From assembly GCA_024697295.1 (NCBI GenBank), contig JAILFZ010000084.1, positions 1 to 60,827 of the forward strand: 60,827 bases of DNA, written 5' to 3'. The DNA is from Treponema sp. GTDB taxonomy: Bacteria > Spirochaetota > Spirochaetia > Treponematales > Treponemataceae. The notes below the pieces were generated by a model. It worked only from the letters and a program-made list of their open reading frames with translations, made no database searches and had not been told where the DNA came from. The position numbers and the translations under genes were made by a program. This document shows, one piece after another, positions 18,863 through 29,171 of the stretch (its first letter is position 1; the number at the start of each line of letters is the position of its first letter).

Positions 18863-18871
18863 ATTATATCA
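18863..18871 (-). promoter_or_regulatory. Extended -10 promoter for the CBS-ACT gene
   Basis: TGaTATAAT on the minus strand just past the livF stop. Confidence 0.6.
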
Positions 18872-18876
18872 CAACA

Positions 18877-19593
18877 TCAGCCGCCAAGGTATGCGGATTT
18901 TACGGCAGGATCATTAATCATGTCAGCTGCCTTTCCGCTTGATGCCACGCTTCCTGTTTCGAGAATATAAACACGGTTTGCAATGCTCATTGCCTTAAAC
19001 GCGTTCTGTTCGACAAGAAGAATTGTTGTTCCGTCTGCGTTGATTTTTTTGATAATGTCAAAAATCTCGTCTACAAGAATCGGGGCAAGACCCATACTCG
19101 GTTCATCGAGGAGGAGAAGTTTTGGCTGTGCCATAAGACCGCGTCCCATAGCAAGCATCTGCTGTTCACCACCACTCAGAGTACCGCTGATCTGGCGGAT
19201 ACGCTCCTTGAGACGTGGAAAAAGTTCAAAAACATGCTCCATATCATTTTTGATTGCTGAACGGTCCTTTCTTGTAAAAGCGCCCATTTCCAGGTTTTCT
19301 TTTACAGTAAGGTTTGCAAAAATTCGTCTTCCTTCAGGAACATGAATCAAACCGCGGCGTACAATCTGTTCCGGAGCAAGTGAAGAAATATTTTCTCCGT
19401 CAAAAACAACACTGCCGTTCTGTTTTTTTATAAGGTTGGAAATTGAATGAAGTGTCGTTGTTTTTCCGGCTCCGTTTGAACCGATAAGGCTGATAATTTC
19501 GCCCTGTTCAACATCAAAACTTATTCCCTTAAGGGCTCTGATTGCCCCGTAATTTACGACTAAATCTTTTACTTCAAGCATCTTATTTGCCAT
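18877..19593 (-). CDS. livF: Branched-chain amino acid ABC transporter ATPase
   Basis: GSNGAGKTT, VPEGRRIF, LSGGEQQMLAMGR and DEPSMGLAP. Confidence 0.95.
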   Translation of the reverse strand: MANKMLEVKDLVVNYGAIRALKGISFDVEQGEIISLIGSNGAGKTTTLHSISNLIKKQNGSVVFDGENISSLAPEQIVRRGLIHVPEGRRIFANLTVKENLEMGAFTRKDRSAIKNDMEHVFELFPRLKERIRQISGTLSGGEQQMLAMGRGLMAQPKLLLLDEPSMGLAPILVDEIFDIIKKINADGTTILLVEQNAFKAMSIANRVYILETGSVASSGKAADMINDPAVKSAYLGG

Positions 19594-19607
19594 TTTGCTT
19601 TCTCCCA

Positions 19608-20411
19608 TTACGCAAGGCTTTCGGCTTCAGAACCGAGATAAGCTTTGATAACTTCCGGATCAGTTTTGATTTTGTCCGGAACTCCGCTTGCAAGAACACG
19701 ACCGTAGTTCAATACGTAAAGTCGTTCACAAATGCCCATTACAAGCTTCATATCATGTTCAATCAGCAAAATAGTAAGATTGAATTCATTTCGGATAAAA
19801 GCGATGAGTTCCATCAGTTCTTTAGTTTCCTGAGGGTTCATGCCGGCAGCAGGTTCGTCGAGCAGAAGAAGGGTCGGATTTGCGGCTAGAGCACGGCAAA
19901 TCTCAAGTTTGCGCTGTTCACCATAAGGCAGGTTTGAAGCAAGCTCATTTTCTTTTTCTGCTATCTTAAACAATTTAAGAAGGTTATGAACTCTGAGGCT
20001 CATCCACGCTTCGTCACGACGGTAACGCGGCGTGCGGAACAAAACATCAAGCTGGTTACAGTGCCGGCTTGAATGAAGCGCAATACGAACATTGTCAGCA
20101 ACCGTCAGGTTTCCAAAAAGACGAATGTTCTGGAAAGTTCTGGCAATTCCGATTTTATTCAAATCGGCAGGTGATTTTTTATTAACCAGGTGAACTTTGC
20201 CCTTTTTGTCCCAGAAAGTAATCTGGCCGCTGGTCGGCGTGTAAACTCCGCTCAACATGTTGAATACAGTTGTCTTTCCGGCACCGTTTGGTCCGATAAG
20301 ACCAACAAGTTCGCCTTCGTGTAATTCTATATTAAAATCGCTTACGGCCTTTAATCCACCAAAAACAATTGAAATGTCAGAGGCCTGCAAAATCATTTTT
20401 TTATCGTTCAT
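19608..20411 (-). CDS. livG: Branched-chain amino acid ABC transporter ATPase
   Basis: GPNGAGKTT, GIARTFQNIRLF, LPYGEQRKLEI, DEPAAGMN and VIKAYLG. Confidence 0.95.
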   Translation of the reverse strand: MNDKKMILQASDISIVFGGLKAVSDFNIELHEGELVGLIGPNGAGKTTVFNMLSGVYTPTSGQITFWDKKGKVHLVNKKSPADLNKIGIARTFQNIRLFGNLTVADNVRIALHSSRHCNQLDVLFRTPRYRRDEAWMSLRVHNLLKLFKIAEKENELASNLPYGEQRKLEICRALAANPTLLLLDEPAAGMNPQETKELMELIAFIRNEFNLTILLIEHDMKLVMGICERLYVLNYGRVLASGVPDKIKTDPEVIKAYLGSEAESLA

Positions 20412-20423
20412 CACAGCCACCCC

Positions 20424-21437
20424 TTAAACCTTTTCCTTTTTGATTTTTGAACATAGTTTTTTGAAAAATCCCGGAAGTCCATCCCAGATTTTTACAAATG
20501 AAACTTCGCGCATTCCCATAAGTCCCTGTGGACGGAAAAGCATTACAAGAATCAAAATTACCGGATAAATCAAAAGACGGTAGTTCTGAAGGAATCTGAG
20601 GAATTCCTGAAGATATGTCAGAACAAAGGCCGCAAGAATTGAACCTGTAACAGAGCCCATACCACCCAATACTACGAAAATCAAATCGTTGATTGAATTG
20701 TTAAAGCTTGCAAGGTCCGGCTTGATAAAGCCGATGAACGGAGCGTAAAGTGCGCCGGCAAAACCTGCAATCAAAGAAGCGATTACAAAGCCAACCATTT
20801 TGTACTTAAACACGCTGACACCGTTTGAGTTTGCGGCAATTTCATCTTCGCGGACTGCGAGGATTGCACGTCCGTAAGTTGAATGAATAAAGTTCAAAAC
20901 CAGAACAATTACAGCCACAAGCGAACCGATGATTACAAAATAAGAAAGGGTCGGTCCCCATTCAAGGTTTGTTGTAAACACTGAAGGAAACTGTTTGCCG
21001 TTTGGACCGCCTGTAATTCCCTTTAAGTTTACGAGAACTACACGGATGATTTCGCCAAAGGCAAGTGTTACGATTGCAAGATAATCGCCTTCGAGTTTGA
21101 GTGTCGGAAAGCCGATTAAAAATCCAAAGAAAGCTGCAATCAGGGCTGCAATTATAATTGATACAGGAAGTGGAATTCCAATATTCTGAGTCAAAATAAT
21201 AACTGAATATGCACCGAGTGCTTCAAAACCGGCCTGGCCGAGACTTAGCTGACCTGTGATACCACAAATCATGTTTACCGAAAGAGCCATCAATGCATTG
21301 ATTCCGCCGAGTGTTAGAATCTGGGCGGTGTAGGCGTTGATAGCGCCTGCCTTAATCAAAACTGTCGGAACGATTATAGCCAGAAGAGCAAGAACTCCAG
21401 GAATGGCCATGTTACGGATAATTTTATTCTTCATCAT
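20424..21437 (-). CDS. livM: Branched-chain amino acid ABC transporter permease
   Basis: GQLSLGQAGF, GDYLAIVTLAFGEI and AVREDEIAA. Confidence 0.95.
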   Translation of the reverse strand: MMKNKIIRNMAIPGVLALLAIIVPTVLIKAGAINAYTAQILTLGGINALMALSVNMICGITGQLSLGQAGFEALGAYSVIILTQNIGIPLPVSIIIAALIAAFFGFLIGFPTLKLEGDYLAIVTLAFGEIIRVVLVNLKGITGGPNGKQFPSVFTTNLEWGPTLSYFVIIGSLVAVIVLVLNFIHSTYGRAILAVREDEIAANSNGVSVFKYKMVGFVIASLIAGFAGALYAPFIGFIKPDLASFNNSINDLIFVVLGGMGSVTGSILAAFVLTYLQEFLRFLQNYRLLIYPVILILVMLFRPQGLMGMREVSFVKIWDGLPGFFKKLCSKIKKEKV

Positions 21438-21454
21438 TTTTACACGCCCTCCCA

Positions 21455-22354
21455 TCAAACCTTAACATGGGTTTTTCTGCCCAGAATTCCGCTTGGTTTT
21501 ACAAGAAGAATTACAATCAAAATACAGTAAGAAATCGCGTCCGCATACTGTGACGAAATGTAAGCCTTAGTCATTGTTTCTGCGATACCGAGAATGATGC
21601 CGCCGAGCATTGCACCAGGAATTGAACCGATTCCACCGAGTACGGCTGCTACGAATGCCTTAAGACCAGGAATATATCCCATAACCGGGTCAATCTGCGG
21701 GTAGGCTGTAGCGTACAAAACGCCGCCTGCACCGGCAAGAACCGAACCGATAACGAATGTAATTGCGATTGTCCTGTTTACGCTTATGCCCATAAGGCTT
21801 GCGGCGCCAAGGTCATAACTTACGGCACGCATTGCCTTGCCCGTTTTTGTATGATTTACGATGTAATTGAGGAGTACCATCAGAACAGCACTCAAAACGA
21901 TTACAATCAGCTGAATATTCGAAATTGAAACAAAAGAAAGCGAAAAGTTCTTAATAGCCATTGTCGGAAACTGGCGTGGGTCCGGACCGACAAAAGGAAG
22001 AACGCGCATCAGGTTCTGCAAAATAAGTTCAACGGCAATTGCAGTGATTAAGGAATTTAATCGCGGCGCGTTACGCAAAGGTCTGTATGCTAGTCGTTCG
22101 ATTACCAGACTTAAAAGAGCACACATTACCATTGCGGCAACAAACGCACAAACCATTCCGAAAGGAGTAGTTCCAAGTGCGCACAATACAAAATAACCGG
22201 CGTATGCGCCCACCATCATTACGTCACCGTGGGCAAAGTTAATAAGCTTAACTATACCGTAAACCATCGTATAGCCAAGCGCGATTAAAGCGTAGATACT
22301 TCCAAGGGACAGCCCGTTAATAAGCTGCTGGAAGAACATATAAAGCGAGTTCAA
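21455..22354 (-). CDS. livH: Branched-chain amino acid ABC transporter permease
   Basis: NGLSLGSIYALIALGYTMVYG, NFAHGD and KAFVAAVLGGIG. TTG start after GGAGG. Confidence 0.95.
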   Translation of the reverse strand: MNSLYMFFQQLINGLSLGSIYALIALGYTMVYGIVKLINFAHGDVMMVGAYAGYFVLCALGTTPFGMVCAFVAAMVMCALLSLVIERLAYRPLRNAPRLNSLITAIAVELILQNLMRVLPFVGPDPRQFPTMAIKNFSLSFVSISNIQLIVIVLSAVLMVLLNYIVNHTKTGKAMRAVSYDLGAASLMGISVNRTIAITFVIGSVLAGAGGVLYATAYPQIDPVMGYIPGLKAFVAAVLGGIGSIPGAMLGGIILGIAETMTKAYISSQYADAISYCILIVILLVKPSGILGRKTHVKV

Positions 22355-22457
22355 ATCGTCCTCCGACTTTTTTTCTGTTTTTTCCCTTTTATTTTACTGG
22401 GAAATAAAAACAAGGTAAAGACAAACAAAAGTTATTATATCTGAATATCTTCCGTCC

Positions 22458-22502
22458 AAAAAAAAAGGCGTGGATTTCCTTATTCAGGAAACCCACGCCT
22501 TT
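22458..22502 (-). terminator. Intra-operonic terminator or stabilising hairpin after livK
   Basis: Stem AAAGGCGTGGGTTTCCT/AGGAAATCCACGCCTTT followed by a long T run on the minus strand. Confidence 0.8.
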
Positions 22503-22529
22503 GTGAGCTAAACTAACAAACTGTAATAA

Positions 22530-23666
22530 TTACGGCTGTACTGTAGTTTTATAAGCTGTTGTCAAAGCACCGTCTTTGCGTACAACTTCGAGCATTACAG
22601 CTGATTTAATCGGGTTGCGTTTGTCATCGAATGTGAGGTGACCTGTTACATAGTCACCGTCAGTCTTTTCCAATGCATCACGAACAGCTTCGCTGTCAGC
22701 GCTTCCTGCAGCAGCGATTGCGTCCTTGAGCATGTAAACTGAGTCGTATCCGAGAGCAGCAAATGCGTTAGGAACTTTGTTGTATTTTGCCTGGAAAGCT
22801 TCAACAAACTTCTGAACAGCACCTTCTGTTGAGTCAGTTGCATAGTGGTTAGAGTAGAAACCATTGAGAACTTCATCACCAGCGTTGTCGTTGTTCATAC
22901 CGTCCCATCCGTCAGCACCAACGATTGGTGTATTGATTCCCTGAGCGCGGAGCTGTTTAGCGATCAAAGCAACTGTTCCGTAGTAATCCGGGAGATATAC
23001 AACATCAGGCTTAGCGTTTTTAATCTTTGTAAGCTGAGCGTTAAAGTCTTTATCGCCAGTTGCATAAGATTCTTTTGCAACGATTTTACCACCGAGTGAT
23101 TCGAATGTAGCAACGAAGTTGTCTGTCAAACCAACAGAGTAGTCGTTACCAATGTCGTAAAGAACGGCAGCTTTGCGTGAACCGAGAGTTTCGTAAGAGA
23201 ATTTTCCTCCTACAGTTCCCTGGAACGGGTCAATGAAACATGTGCGGAAAATGAAGTTTCCGGCATCAGTAATTGCAGGTGCTGTAGCAGCAGGAGCAAT
23301 CTGAAGAACTTTCTGAGCCTGTGCAAGCTGTGTGATAGCCTGTGTACAGCCGGAAGTCAAAGAACCAATTACGAGTTTGATTCCATCTTTTGTAGTCAGT
23401 TTTTTATATGCGCTTACTGATTTTTCAGGATTTCCTTCATCATCTTCAGCTACAACCTTGAGCATTTTGCCGTTTACGCCGCCGGCAGCGTTGATTTCTT
23501 CAACAGCAAGTTCGATACCGTTCTTGCATTCAACACCGTAAACAGCTACTGGACCAGACAAAGGTCCGATAGAACCAACTTTAATTACATCTTCTGATTT
23601 TCCTGAACAGCCAAGAACCAGAAGACCAGCCATTGCCAAAGACAAAGCTCCAACAAATTTTTTCAT
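22530..23666 (-). CDS. livK: Branched-chain amino acid ABC transporter substrate-binding lipoprotein
   Basis: Lipobox VLGC, EEINAAGGVNGK, FRTCFIDPFQG and DFNAQLTKIK. Confidence 0.93.
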   Translation of the reverse strand: MKKFVGALSLAMAGLLVLGCSGKSEDVIKVGSIGPLSGPVAVYGVECKNGIELAVEEINAAGGVNGKMLKVVAEDDEGNPEKSVSAYKKLTTKDGIKLVIGSLTSGCTQAITQLAQAQKVLQIAPAATAPAITDAGNFIFRTCFIDPFQGTVGGKFSYETLGSRKAAVLYDIGNDYSVGLTDNFVATFESLGGKIVAKESYATGDKDFNAQLTKIKNAKPDVVYLPDYYGTVALIAKQLRAQGINTPIVGADGWDGMNNDNAGDEVLNGFYSNHYATDSTEGAVQKFVEAFQAKYNKVPNAFAALGYDSVYMLKDAIAAAGSADSEAVRDALEKTDGDYVTGHLTFDDKRNPIKSAVMLEVVRKDGALTTAYKTTVQP

Positions 23667-23892
23667 TTTTTTTCCTCCATACTTTTAGAAAAAAATGTCT
23701 CAAACCTTATTGAGTTTCTTATTCTTTAAATCTAATTACTTTTACTCATTTAGTAAAGGTCTAATTTTTTAATTCAAGCCTGCCGCTGTTGAATTTTTAT
23801 AACGAATTTTTAACACAAGTTGTTAAAGGAGTAGTATAATTACCGATAATAATAGTGAGAATTTCTTAATAATTTTTTAAAGCGAGAAAAAT

Positions 23893-26334
23893 ATGAATAA
23901 GAATACTATTGCTTTTTTAACCAGATCTCTTGTAGACGCAACCGGCAGCAACATGTGGCGCGGAATTAAGAATGGTTGTTTAAAAGATGGTCGACCTTTA
24001 TTCACTTTCAGAGGACCTGTTTTAAATAAGGGACAGGGCTCAATTATCTATCATCTCATCGATGATAATTCTGTTTCAGGAATTATTTCCTGGGCTTCAA
24101 GTGATGCTGATCCTGCAACAACTGAGTACTACAAAAAATATCAGAAAACACCTCTTATCTGTATGACTTTCCGTCTTCCGGGACACCCGCTTATTGTCAC
24201 AGACTGTAAGACCGGAATTATGGAAATGATGGACCACCTTATCGATGTTCACCATTTTACAAAAATTGCATTTATCCGCGGACCGGAAGCACACGTTTAT
24301 GCAAAAGAACGCTATGACGGCTATCTTGAAAGTCTTGCAAAACATAAAATTCCTGTCAACAATGACCTTGTTTCTCCATGCGGAGGATGGGCTTTGAGCG
24401 ACGGCGCCAAGGCTGTAAATGCCTGGATTGATAAGGGTTTTGTAATCGGCAGGGATATAGAAGCTGTAGTTGCAGTCGGTGACAACGTTGCAATCGGTGC
24501 CGAAGAAGAACTTATTTCAAAGGGATACTCAGTTCCGCACGATATCGCAGTTTGCGGTTTTAACGGCACAAACGATGCTGCATGGAGCAATCCTCCAATC
24601 ACAACTGTAGAAATGCCGTTTTACGGACTCGGAACGAAGGGTTACGAAACCCTGACAGCATTGATGAATAATCAGCCGGTTCCAGAAGTATTCCGCTACC
24701 AGACAAAACTCGTACTTGGAGAGTCATGCGGTTGTACATCAGTATCTGTAAAAAAAGCTTTTTTAAATATCGGTGCCAAAGATGAAGAAAATGGCGGATT
24801 CTTCAGAAAAAAATCTGCACTCTCAATGTCAGAGAGCGAATTAGTTTCATTATTCAATTCTGCGACATGGAAAGATAAACTCAAGCTTATCATATTAAAT
24901 GTTGTGGATCATAACCGTTATTCAGTTCCACAAATACACGAATTCTTTGATACATTTACAATCCGCTTTATCGGAGCACTCGTTGAGGATTCGCTTGATC
25001 CAAAATCAAAACCAATTTTTATGGAAGAATTATCACGCGGTTTGAATAAATTTATTCCGATTTCGAAAGAATTCTCTGTCTGGCAGGACATTATTTCTGT
25101 TTGTCGTGCCTACACTCTCCCGGCTCTTCAGAAACATCCGGTTTTCTATAAAAAAGCCGATAACCTTTTCCAGCAGGCACGCATCCTGATTAACGAAGTT
25201 GACTGCCGCACTCAAAAGCAGACTGTTCTTCTTGAAGCACGAAAAGAAGCCAACCTGAGAAATATCAGTACACAGATTCTTTCATGCTCTGATAAAGAAC
25301 AGTTGATGAACCTTATCGAAAAGTCACTTCCAAAACTCGAAATCAGCGGCTGTTATGTAGTTTTATACAATGACTGTAAATATACCGAAGAAAATCATTT
25401 GATTCCGGAAAATAGTACATTGATTCTCGCTGTACGCGGCGGAACAAGAGTTGCCCTTCCTGACGAAGGAATGGTTTTCAGAACAAAAGAAATAGTACCT
25501 GACCAGATAATGGGCAGCGGCGAGGGCGAACTTTTTGAAGTTGAATCCCTGCACTATCAGGACCAGTATCTCGGTTATATCGTATTTGAATCAAAAGCCG
25601 AAATCGGAACCACCTTTTCGACGCTCCGTGACCAGATTTCATGTTCATTGTACAGTGCACTTCTTCTGGAAGAACGCAACAAGAGCCGTGTAAGACTGGA
25701 AAGAACAATGCATACAATGACTGAAAAGGCAGACCTTGTATCAAACCAGTCTGAAGGAATTTCTATCAATATCAACGGAATTTCAAAATCAATGGGCGAC
25801 GTTACATCAAATATCAAAAACATTTCCGGTAACATCGTTACAGTTACAGACACCATTGATTCTGCAAATAAATTAATTTCAGAAGCAAACCAGGCTATCG
25901 GACACCTCGTTGAAAGCACAGTTCAAATTAAAAACTCAATCCACATGATTAACGACATTGCAGAAACTACAAACGTTCTTTCTCTCAATGCGGCAATTGA
26001 AGCTGCCCACGCAGGTGACGCAGGCCGTGGATTCAGTGTAGTTGCCAAGGAAGTTAAATCTCTGGCAGCTCAGACTGTAAATTCAACCAAGTCAATCCAG
26101 GAACTCGTTGAGCAAACTTCGGAGAATACCAAACAGACAGAAGAAATTATCAACGAAACCTATTCTGCCATGCACAAAATTGCAGAACTTGCTGACAACA
26201 TCAAACAGTCAATCAACGATCAGGTTAGTTCTTCAACATCGATTTCTACACAGTTGCAGGGTGCATCAGAAGGTGCAGAACAGATTTCCAATGCAATTAC
26301 AGAAATCGCTTCTCTTGGTGAAAAGCTGATTTAA
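23893..26334 (+). CDS. Soluble chemoreceptor: LacI-type sugar-binding domain fused to an MCP signalling domain
   Basis: N-terminal [46 protein letters not shown]-terminal [37 protein letters not shown]. No TM segment or signal peptide. Confidence 0.9.
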   Translation: MNKNTIAFLTRSLVDATGSNMWRGIKNGCLKDGRPLFTFRGPVLNKGQGSIIYHLIDDNSVSGIISWASSDADPATTEYYKKYQKTPLICMTFRLPGHPLIVTDCKTGIMEMMDHLIDVHHFTKIAFIRGPEAHVYAKERYDGYLESLAKHKIPVNNDLVSPCGGWALSDGAKAVNAWIDKGFVIGRDIEAVVAVGDNVAIGAEEELISKGYSVPHDIAVCGFNGTNDAAWSNPPITTVEMPFYGLGTKGYETLTALMNNQPVPEVFRYQTKLVLGESCGCTSVSVKKAFLNIGAKDEENGGFFRKKSALSMSESELVSLFNSATWKDKLKLIILNVVDHNRYSVPQIHEFFDTFTIRFIGALVEDSLDPKSKPIFMEELSRGLNKFIPISKEFSVWQDIISVCRAYTLPALQKHPVFYKKADNLFQQARILINEVDCRTQKQTVLLEARKEANLRNISTQILSCSDKEQLMNLIEKSLPKLEISGCYVVLYNDCKYTEENHLIPENSTLILAVRGGTRVALPDEGMVFRTKEIVPDQIMGSGEGELFEVESLHYQDQYLGYIVFESKAEIGTTFSTLRDQISCSLYSALLLEERNKSRVRLERTMHTMTEKADLVSNQSEGISININGISKSMGDVTSNIKNISGNIVTVTDTIDSANKLISEANQAIGHLVESTVQIKNSIHMINDIAETTNVLSLNAAIEAAHAGDAGRGFSVVAKEVKSLAAQTVNSTKSIQELVEQTSENTKQTEEIINETYSAMHKIAELADNIKQSINDQVSSSTSISTQLQGASEGAEQISNAITEIASLGEKLI

Positions 26335-26367
26335 AAAAATAATGCCGTCCTTACCATGAAGGACGGC
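26333..26367 (-). terminator. Terminator at the end of the ribosomal cluster (convergent with the MCP gene)
   Basis: 9-bp stem GCCGTCCTT/AAGGACGGC (26344-67) followed by ATTATTTTTTT on the minus strand. Confidence 0.8.
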
Positions 26368-26388
26368 TCAAACACAGTTAAACTAAAA

Positions 26389-26640
26389 TTATGCCTGTGC
26401 TTCTTCTGCAGGAGCTTCATCGCCAGCAGGAGCTGCTTCTACAGCAGGCTTTGCTTTTCTTGCTTCAACTCTAGCAGCATTTTTGAGGGCAGCGTTACAG
26501 TATTTGCATACTTTTACCTGAGCGCCATCAATTTCTTTTTCGTAAAGAACTTTAATGTTTTCTTTACCACAGCGAGGACATTTTCCTCTTCCGTGATTTG
26601 CTTCGTTACGGATACCAGTTCCGCGATGTGCTTTAGACAT
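26389..26640 (-). CDS. Small basic Zn-ribbon protein, candidate ribosome-associated protein
   Basis: CPRC-x20-CKYC. SD AAGGAG overlaps the rplQ stop codon. Last gene before the terminator. Confidence 0.85.
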   Translation of the reverse strand: MSKAHRGTGIRNEANHGRGKCPRCGKENIKVLYEKEIDGAQVKVCKYCNAALKNAARVEARKAKPAVEAAPAGDEAPAEEAQA

Positions 26641-26651
26641 AACAATACTCC

Positions 26652-27194
26652 TTATTTTGCTTCTTCAGCAGCAGGAGCTGCTTTTGCAGACTTAGCTTTT
26701 GGAGCAGCTGCTTTTTTTGCAGGTGCTTTTTTAGCTGCCGGCTTTTTAGCTTCAGACTTTGTTTCTTTAGCTTCTGCCTTTGGTTCTGCTTTCTTTGCCT
26801 TTGCAGCAGGTTTTTCTTTAGATTCTTCAGTTGGAAGTTTGTAGTCAACCAATTCAAGAATTACCATGTCAGCTGCATCACCCTGACGGAAACCAATCTT
26901 AAGAATGCGAGTGTAACCACCCTTGCGTTCTTTCATGCGTGGTCCGAGTTCTGTGAAAAGCTTATTCAAGATTTTTTCATCCTGAATGTACTTAGCAGCA
27001 ATACGGCGGTTATGTACTGTATCAACCTTGCTGCGTGTAATCAATTTTTCAGCAGCTTTACGAACTTCTTTAGCTTTTGAGCTAGTAGTTGTAATGCGTT
27101 CAAATCTGAAAAGTGAAGTTACCATGTTACGTGACATTGCACGGCGATGTGCAGTTGTACGCGAAAGTGGATTAAAACCAGTTCTATGATTCAT
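26652..27194 (-). CDS. rplQ: 50S ribosomal protein L17 with Lys/Ala/Pro-rich tail
   Basis: [25 protein letters not shown] and RQGDAA. Confidence 0.97.
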   Translation of the reverse strand: MNHRTGFNPLSRTTAHRRAMSRNMVTSLFRFERITTTSSKAKEVRKAAEKLITRSKVDTVHNRRIAAKYIQDEKILNKLFTELGPRMKERKGGYTRILKIGFRQGDAADMVILELVDYKLPTEESKEKPAAKAKKAEPKAEAKETKSEAKKPAAKKAPAKKAAAPKAKSAKAAPAAEEAK

Positions 27195-28242
27195 TGGATT
27201 CTTCCTTTTGCTTTGGATTTGCTAAATTTACATTTTTGAGATGACTGTAATCTGTCATACCAAGAGTAAGTCCCCATTCAAGGAGCTTTTCTTTAATTTC
27301 AGTAAGAGATTTCTTACCGAAGTTTCTTGTTTTGGCAATGTCATCTTCTGTCTTTTTAGTCAATTCCCCGATAGTACGGATATTTGCGTTCTTAAGGCAG
27401 TTTGAAGAACGTACTGAAAGTTCAAGTTCTTCAACAGGAGTGTTAAGCAATGCACGAATACGTTCATCACCTTCATCTCCATCATCTGCGCTAGATACAT
27501 CATTATCGTTAAAGTTAACAAAGATTGAGAAGTGATCTTTTGCAATCTTTGCAGCTTCTGCGAGTGCATCATCCGGAGCAATAGTTCCATCTGTCCAAAC
27601 TTCGAGTACGAGTTTGTCGTAGTCATTTCTTTCGCCGACACGACAAGGTTCAATAGCATATTTTACCTTGCGTACAGGAGAGAAGATTGCGTCCATTGGA
27701 ATAGTTCCAACAACTTCAATATAACCACTGTTTACTTCGGCAGGAACATAACCTCTGCCAAGATCTACCTGAATTTCAATTGTAAGATTGGCACCAGCCA
27801 TCATTGTGAAAACCGGTACATCTTTAGTCAAAACTTCAAGCTGACCTTCTTTAGCAAAGTCATTACTTGTTACAGTTCCAGGTCCTTTAAATTCGAAAAG
27901 AAGTGTGTCCTGTTCCGCATCATTCGGAAGTCTAAAGCGAATCATCTTAAGACTGTTAAGTATTTCGAGAGTATCCTCAGAAACATTAGCAATTGAATCA
28001 AATTCACTCTGAATTACACGAGGAACACCTTCAGCATCAAATGAAGTAATCCTTACAGATGTTACTGCATATCCCTGAATTGAAGACAAGAGTACACGAC
28101 GGAGAGTATTTCCGATAGTAGTACCGAAGCCTGGTTCAAACGGATAAGCTGTAAATTTTCCGTAGTTCGGATTTGTTTCTAGATGTTCAAATGTAATGCC
28201 TTTTGGTTTTTTGAAACCTTTCAGCAGATTTTTTCGAGCCAT
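27184..28242 (-). CDS. rpoA: RNA polymerase alpha subunit
   Basis: [27 protein letters not shown] and [11 protein letters not shown]. Confidence 0.98.
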   Translation of the reverse strand: MARKNLLKGFKKPKGITFEHLETNPNYGKFTAYPFEPGFGTTIGNTLRRVLLSSIQGYAVTSVRITSFDAEGVPRVIQSEFDSIANVSEDTLEILNSLKMIRFRLPNDAEQDTLLFEFKGPGTVTSNDFAKEGQLEVLTKDVPVFTMMAGANLTIEIQVDLGRGYVPAEVNSGYIEVVGTIPMDAIFSPVRKVKYAIEPCRVGERNDYDKLVLEVWTDGTIAPDDALAEAAKIAKDHFSIFVNFNDNDVSSADDGDEGDERIRALLNTPVEELELSVRSSNCLKNANIRTIGELTKKTEDDIAKTRNFGKKSLTEIKEKLLEWGLTLGMTDYSHLKNVNLANPKQKEESNES

Positions 28243-28388
28243 CTGAACTCCTTATTTAGGTTTACGCTCAACGAAGAGCTAATTTTTTAATACTTTTCCC
28301 CGAACTCATGTTCCAGGAAAACCTAACATTTACTGACCTTCGTAAAACAACAAAAATGGACGTAGCTGATACATCCATTTTGCATATT

Positions 28389-28769
28389 TTACATACGGCG
28401 AGTCTTGCGTGGACGGCATCCATTGTGTGGAATTGGAGTAACATCAGAAATTGATTTTACTTTAAGTCCAAGCGATCCAAGAGCGCGTACTGCGTTTTCA
28501 CGGCCCATTCCTGGTCCTTTAACGAATACGTGAACTTCACGCAAACCATAGCTTACTGCTTTCTGTACAGCTGTTTCTGCAACTGACTGTGCAGCAAATG
28601 GAGTCGATTTTTTTGCTCCACGAAAACCAAGTCCGCCAGAAGATGCCCATGAAAGAGCATTTCCGTTCAAGTCTGTAATTGTTACGATAGTATTGTTGAA
28701 CGTAGCCTGGATATATACGTTTCCTTCGTATACGCTCTTCTTTTCCTTTCGTTTTTTTACGGTAGCCAT
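28389..28769 (-). CDS. rpsK: 30S ribosomal protein S11
   Basis: [12 protein letters not shown] and [12 protein letters not shown]. Confidence 0.98.
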   Translation of the reverse strand: MATVKKRKEKKSVYEGNVYIQATFNNTIVTITDLNGNALSWASSGGLGFRGAKKSTPFAAQSVAETAVQKAVSYGLREVHVFVKGPGMGRENAVRALGSLGLKVKSISDVTPIPHNGCRPRKTRRM

Positions 28770-28789
28770 TAATTAATTCCTCCGCCTTA

Positions 28790-29161
28790 TCAGACAGCCT
28801 TTTTCTTGTTAGCAACAGTCTTCTTCTTACCTTTGCGAGTACGTGAGTTAGTGCGTGTGCGCTGACCACGAACTGGCAAACCTTTTCGATGACGAAGACC
28901 ACGATAGCAACCAATGTCCATAAGACGTTTAATGTTAAGACCAATTTCAGAGCGAAGGTGACCTTCAACCTTGTACTCTGCATCAATCAAAGCACGAAGT
29001 TTTGCCTGCTCATCCTGATCAAGATCATTCATCATCTTGGTAGGTTCAATCTTACATTTTTCGCAAATCGTTTTTGCAGATGAACGACCGATACCGTAAA
29101 TATAAGTCAATGCAACAACGACATGTTTATTAGGGAGGTCAACTCCCGCAATTCGAGCCAT
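28790..29161 (-). CDS. rpsM: 30S ribosomal protein S13
   Basis: [10 protein letters not shown] and [19 protein letters not shown]. Confidence 0.98.
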   Translation of the reverse strand: MARIAGVDLPNKHVVVALTYIYGIGRSSAKTICEKCKIEPTKMMNDLDQDEQAKLRALIDAEYKVEGHLRSEIGLNIKRLMDIGCYRGLRHRKGLPVRGQRTRTNSRTRKGKKKTVANKKKAV

Positions 29162-29171
29162 CTGTTACTCC

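Noticed and set aside
26356-26844. 162-aa plus-strand ORF rich in Ala/Phe
   Set aside because: Antisense shadow of the low-complexity rplQ tail and the Zn-ribbon gene.
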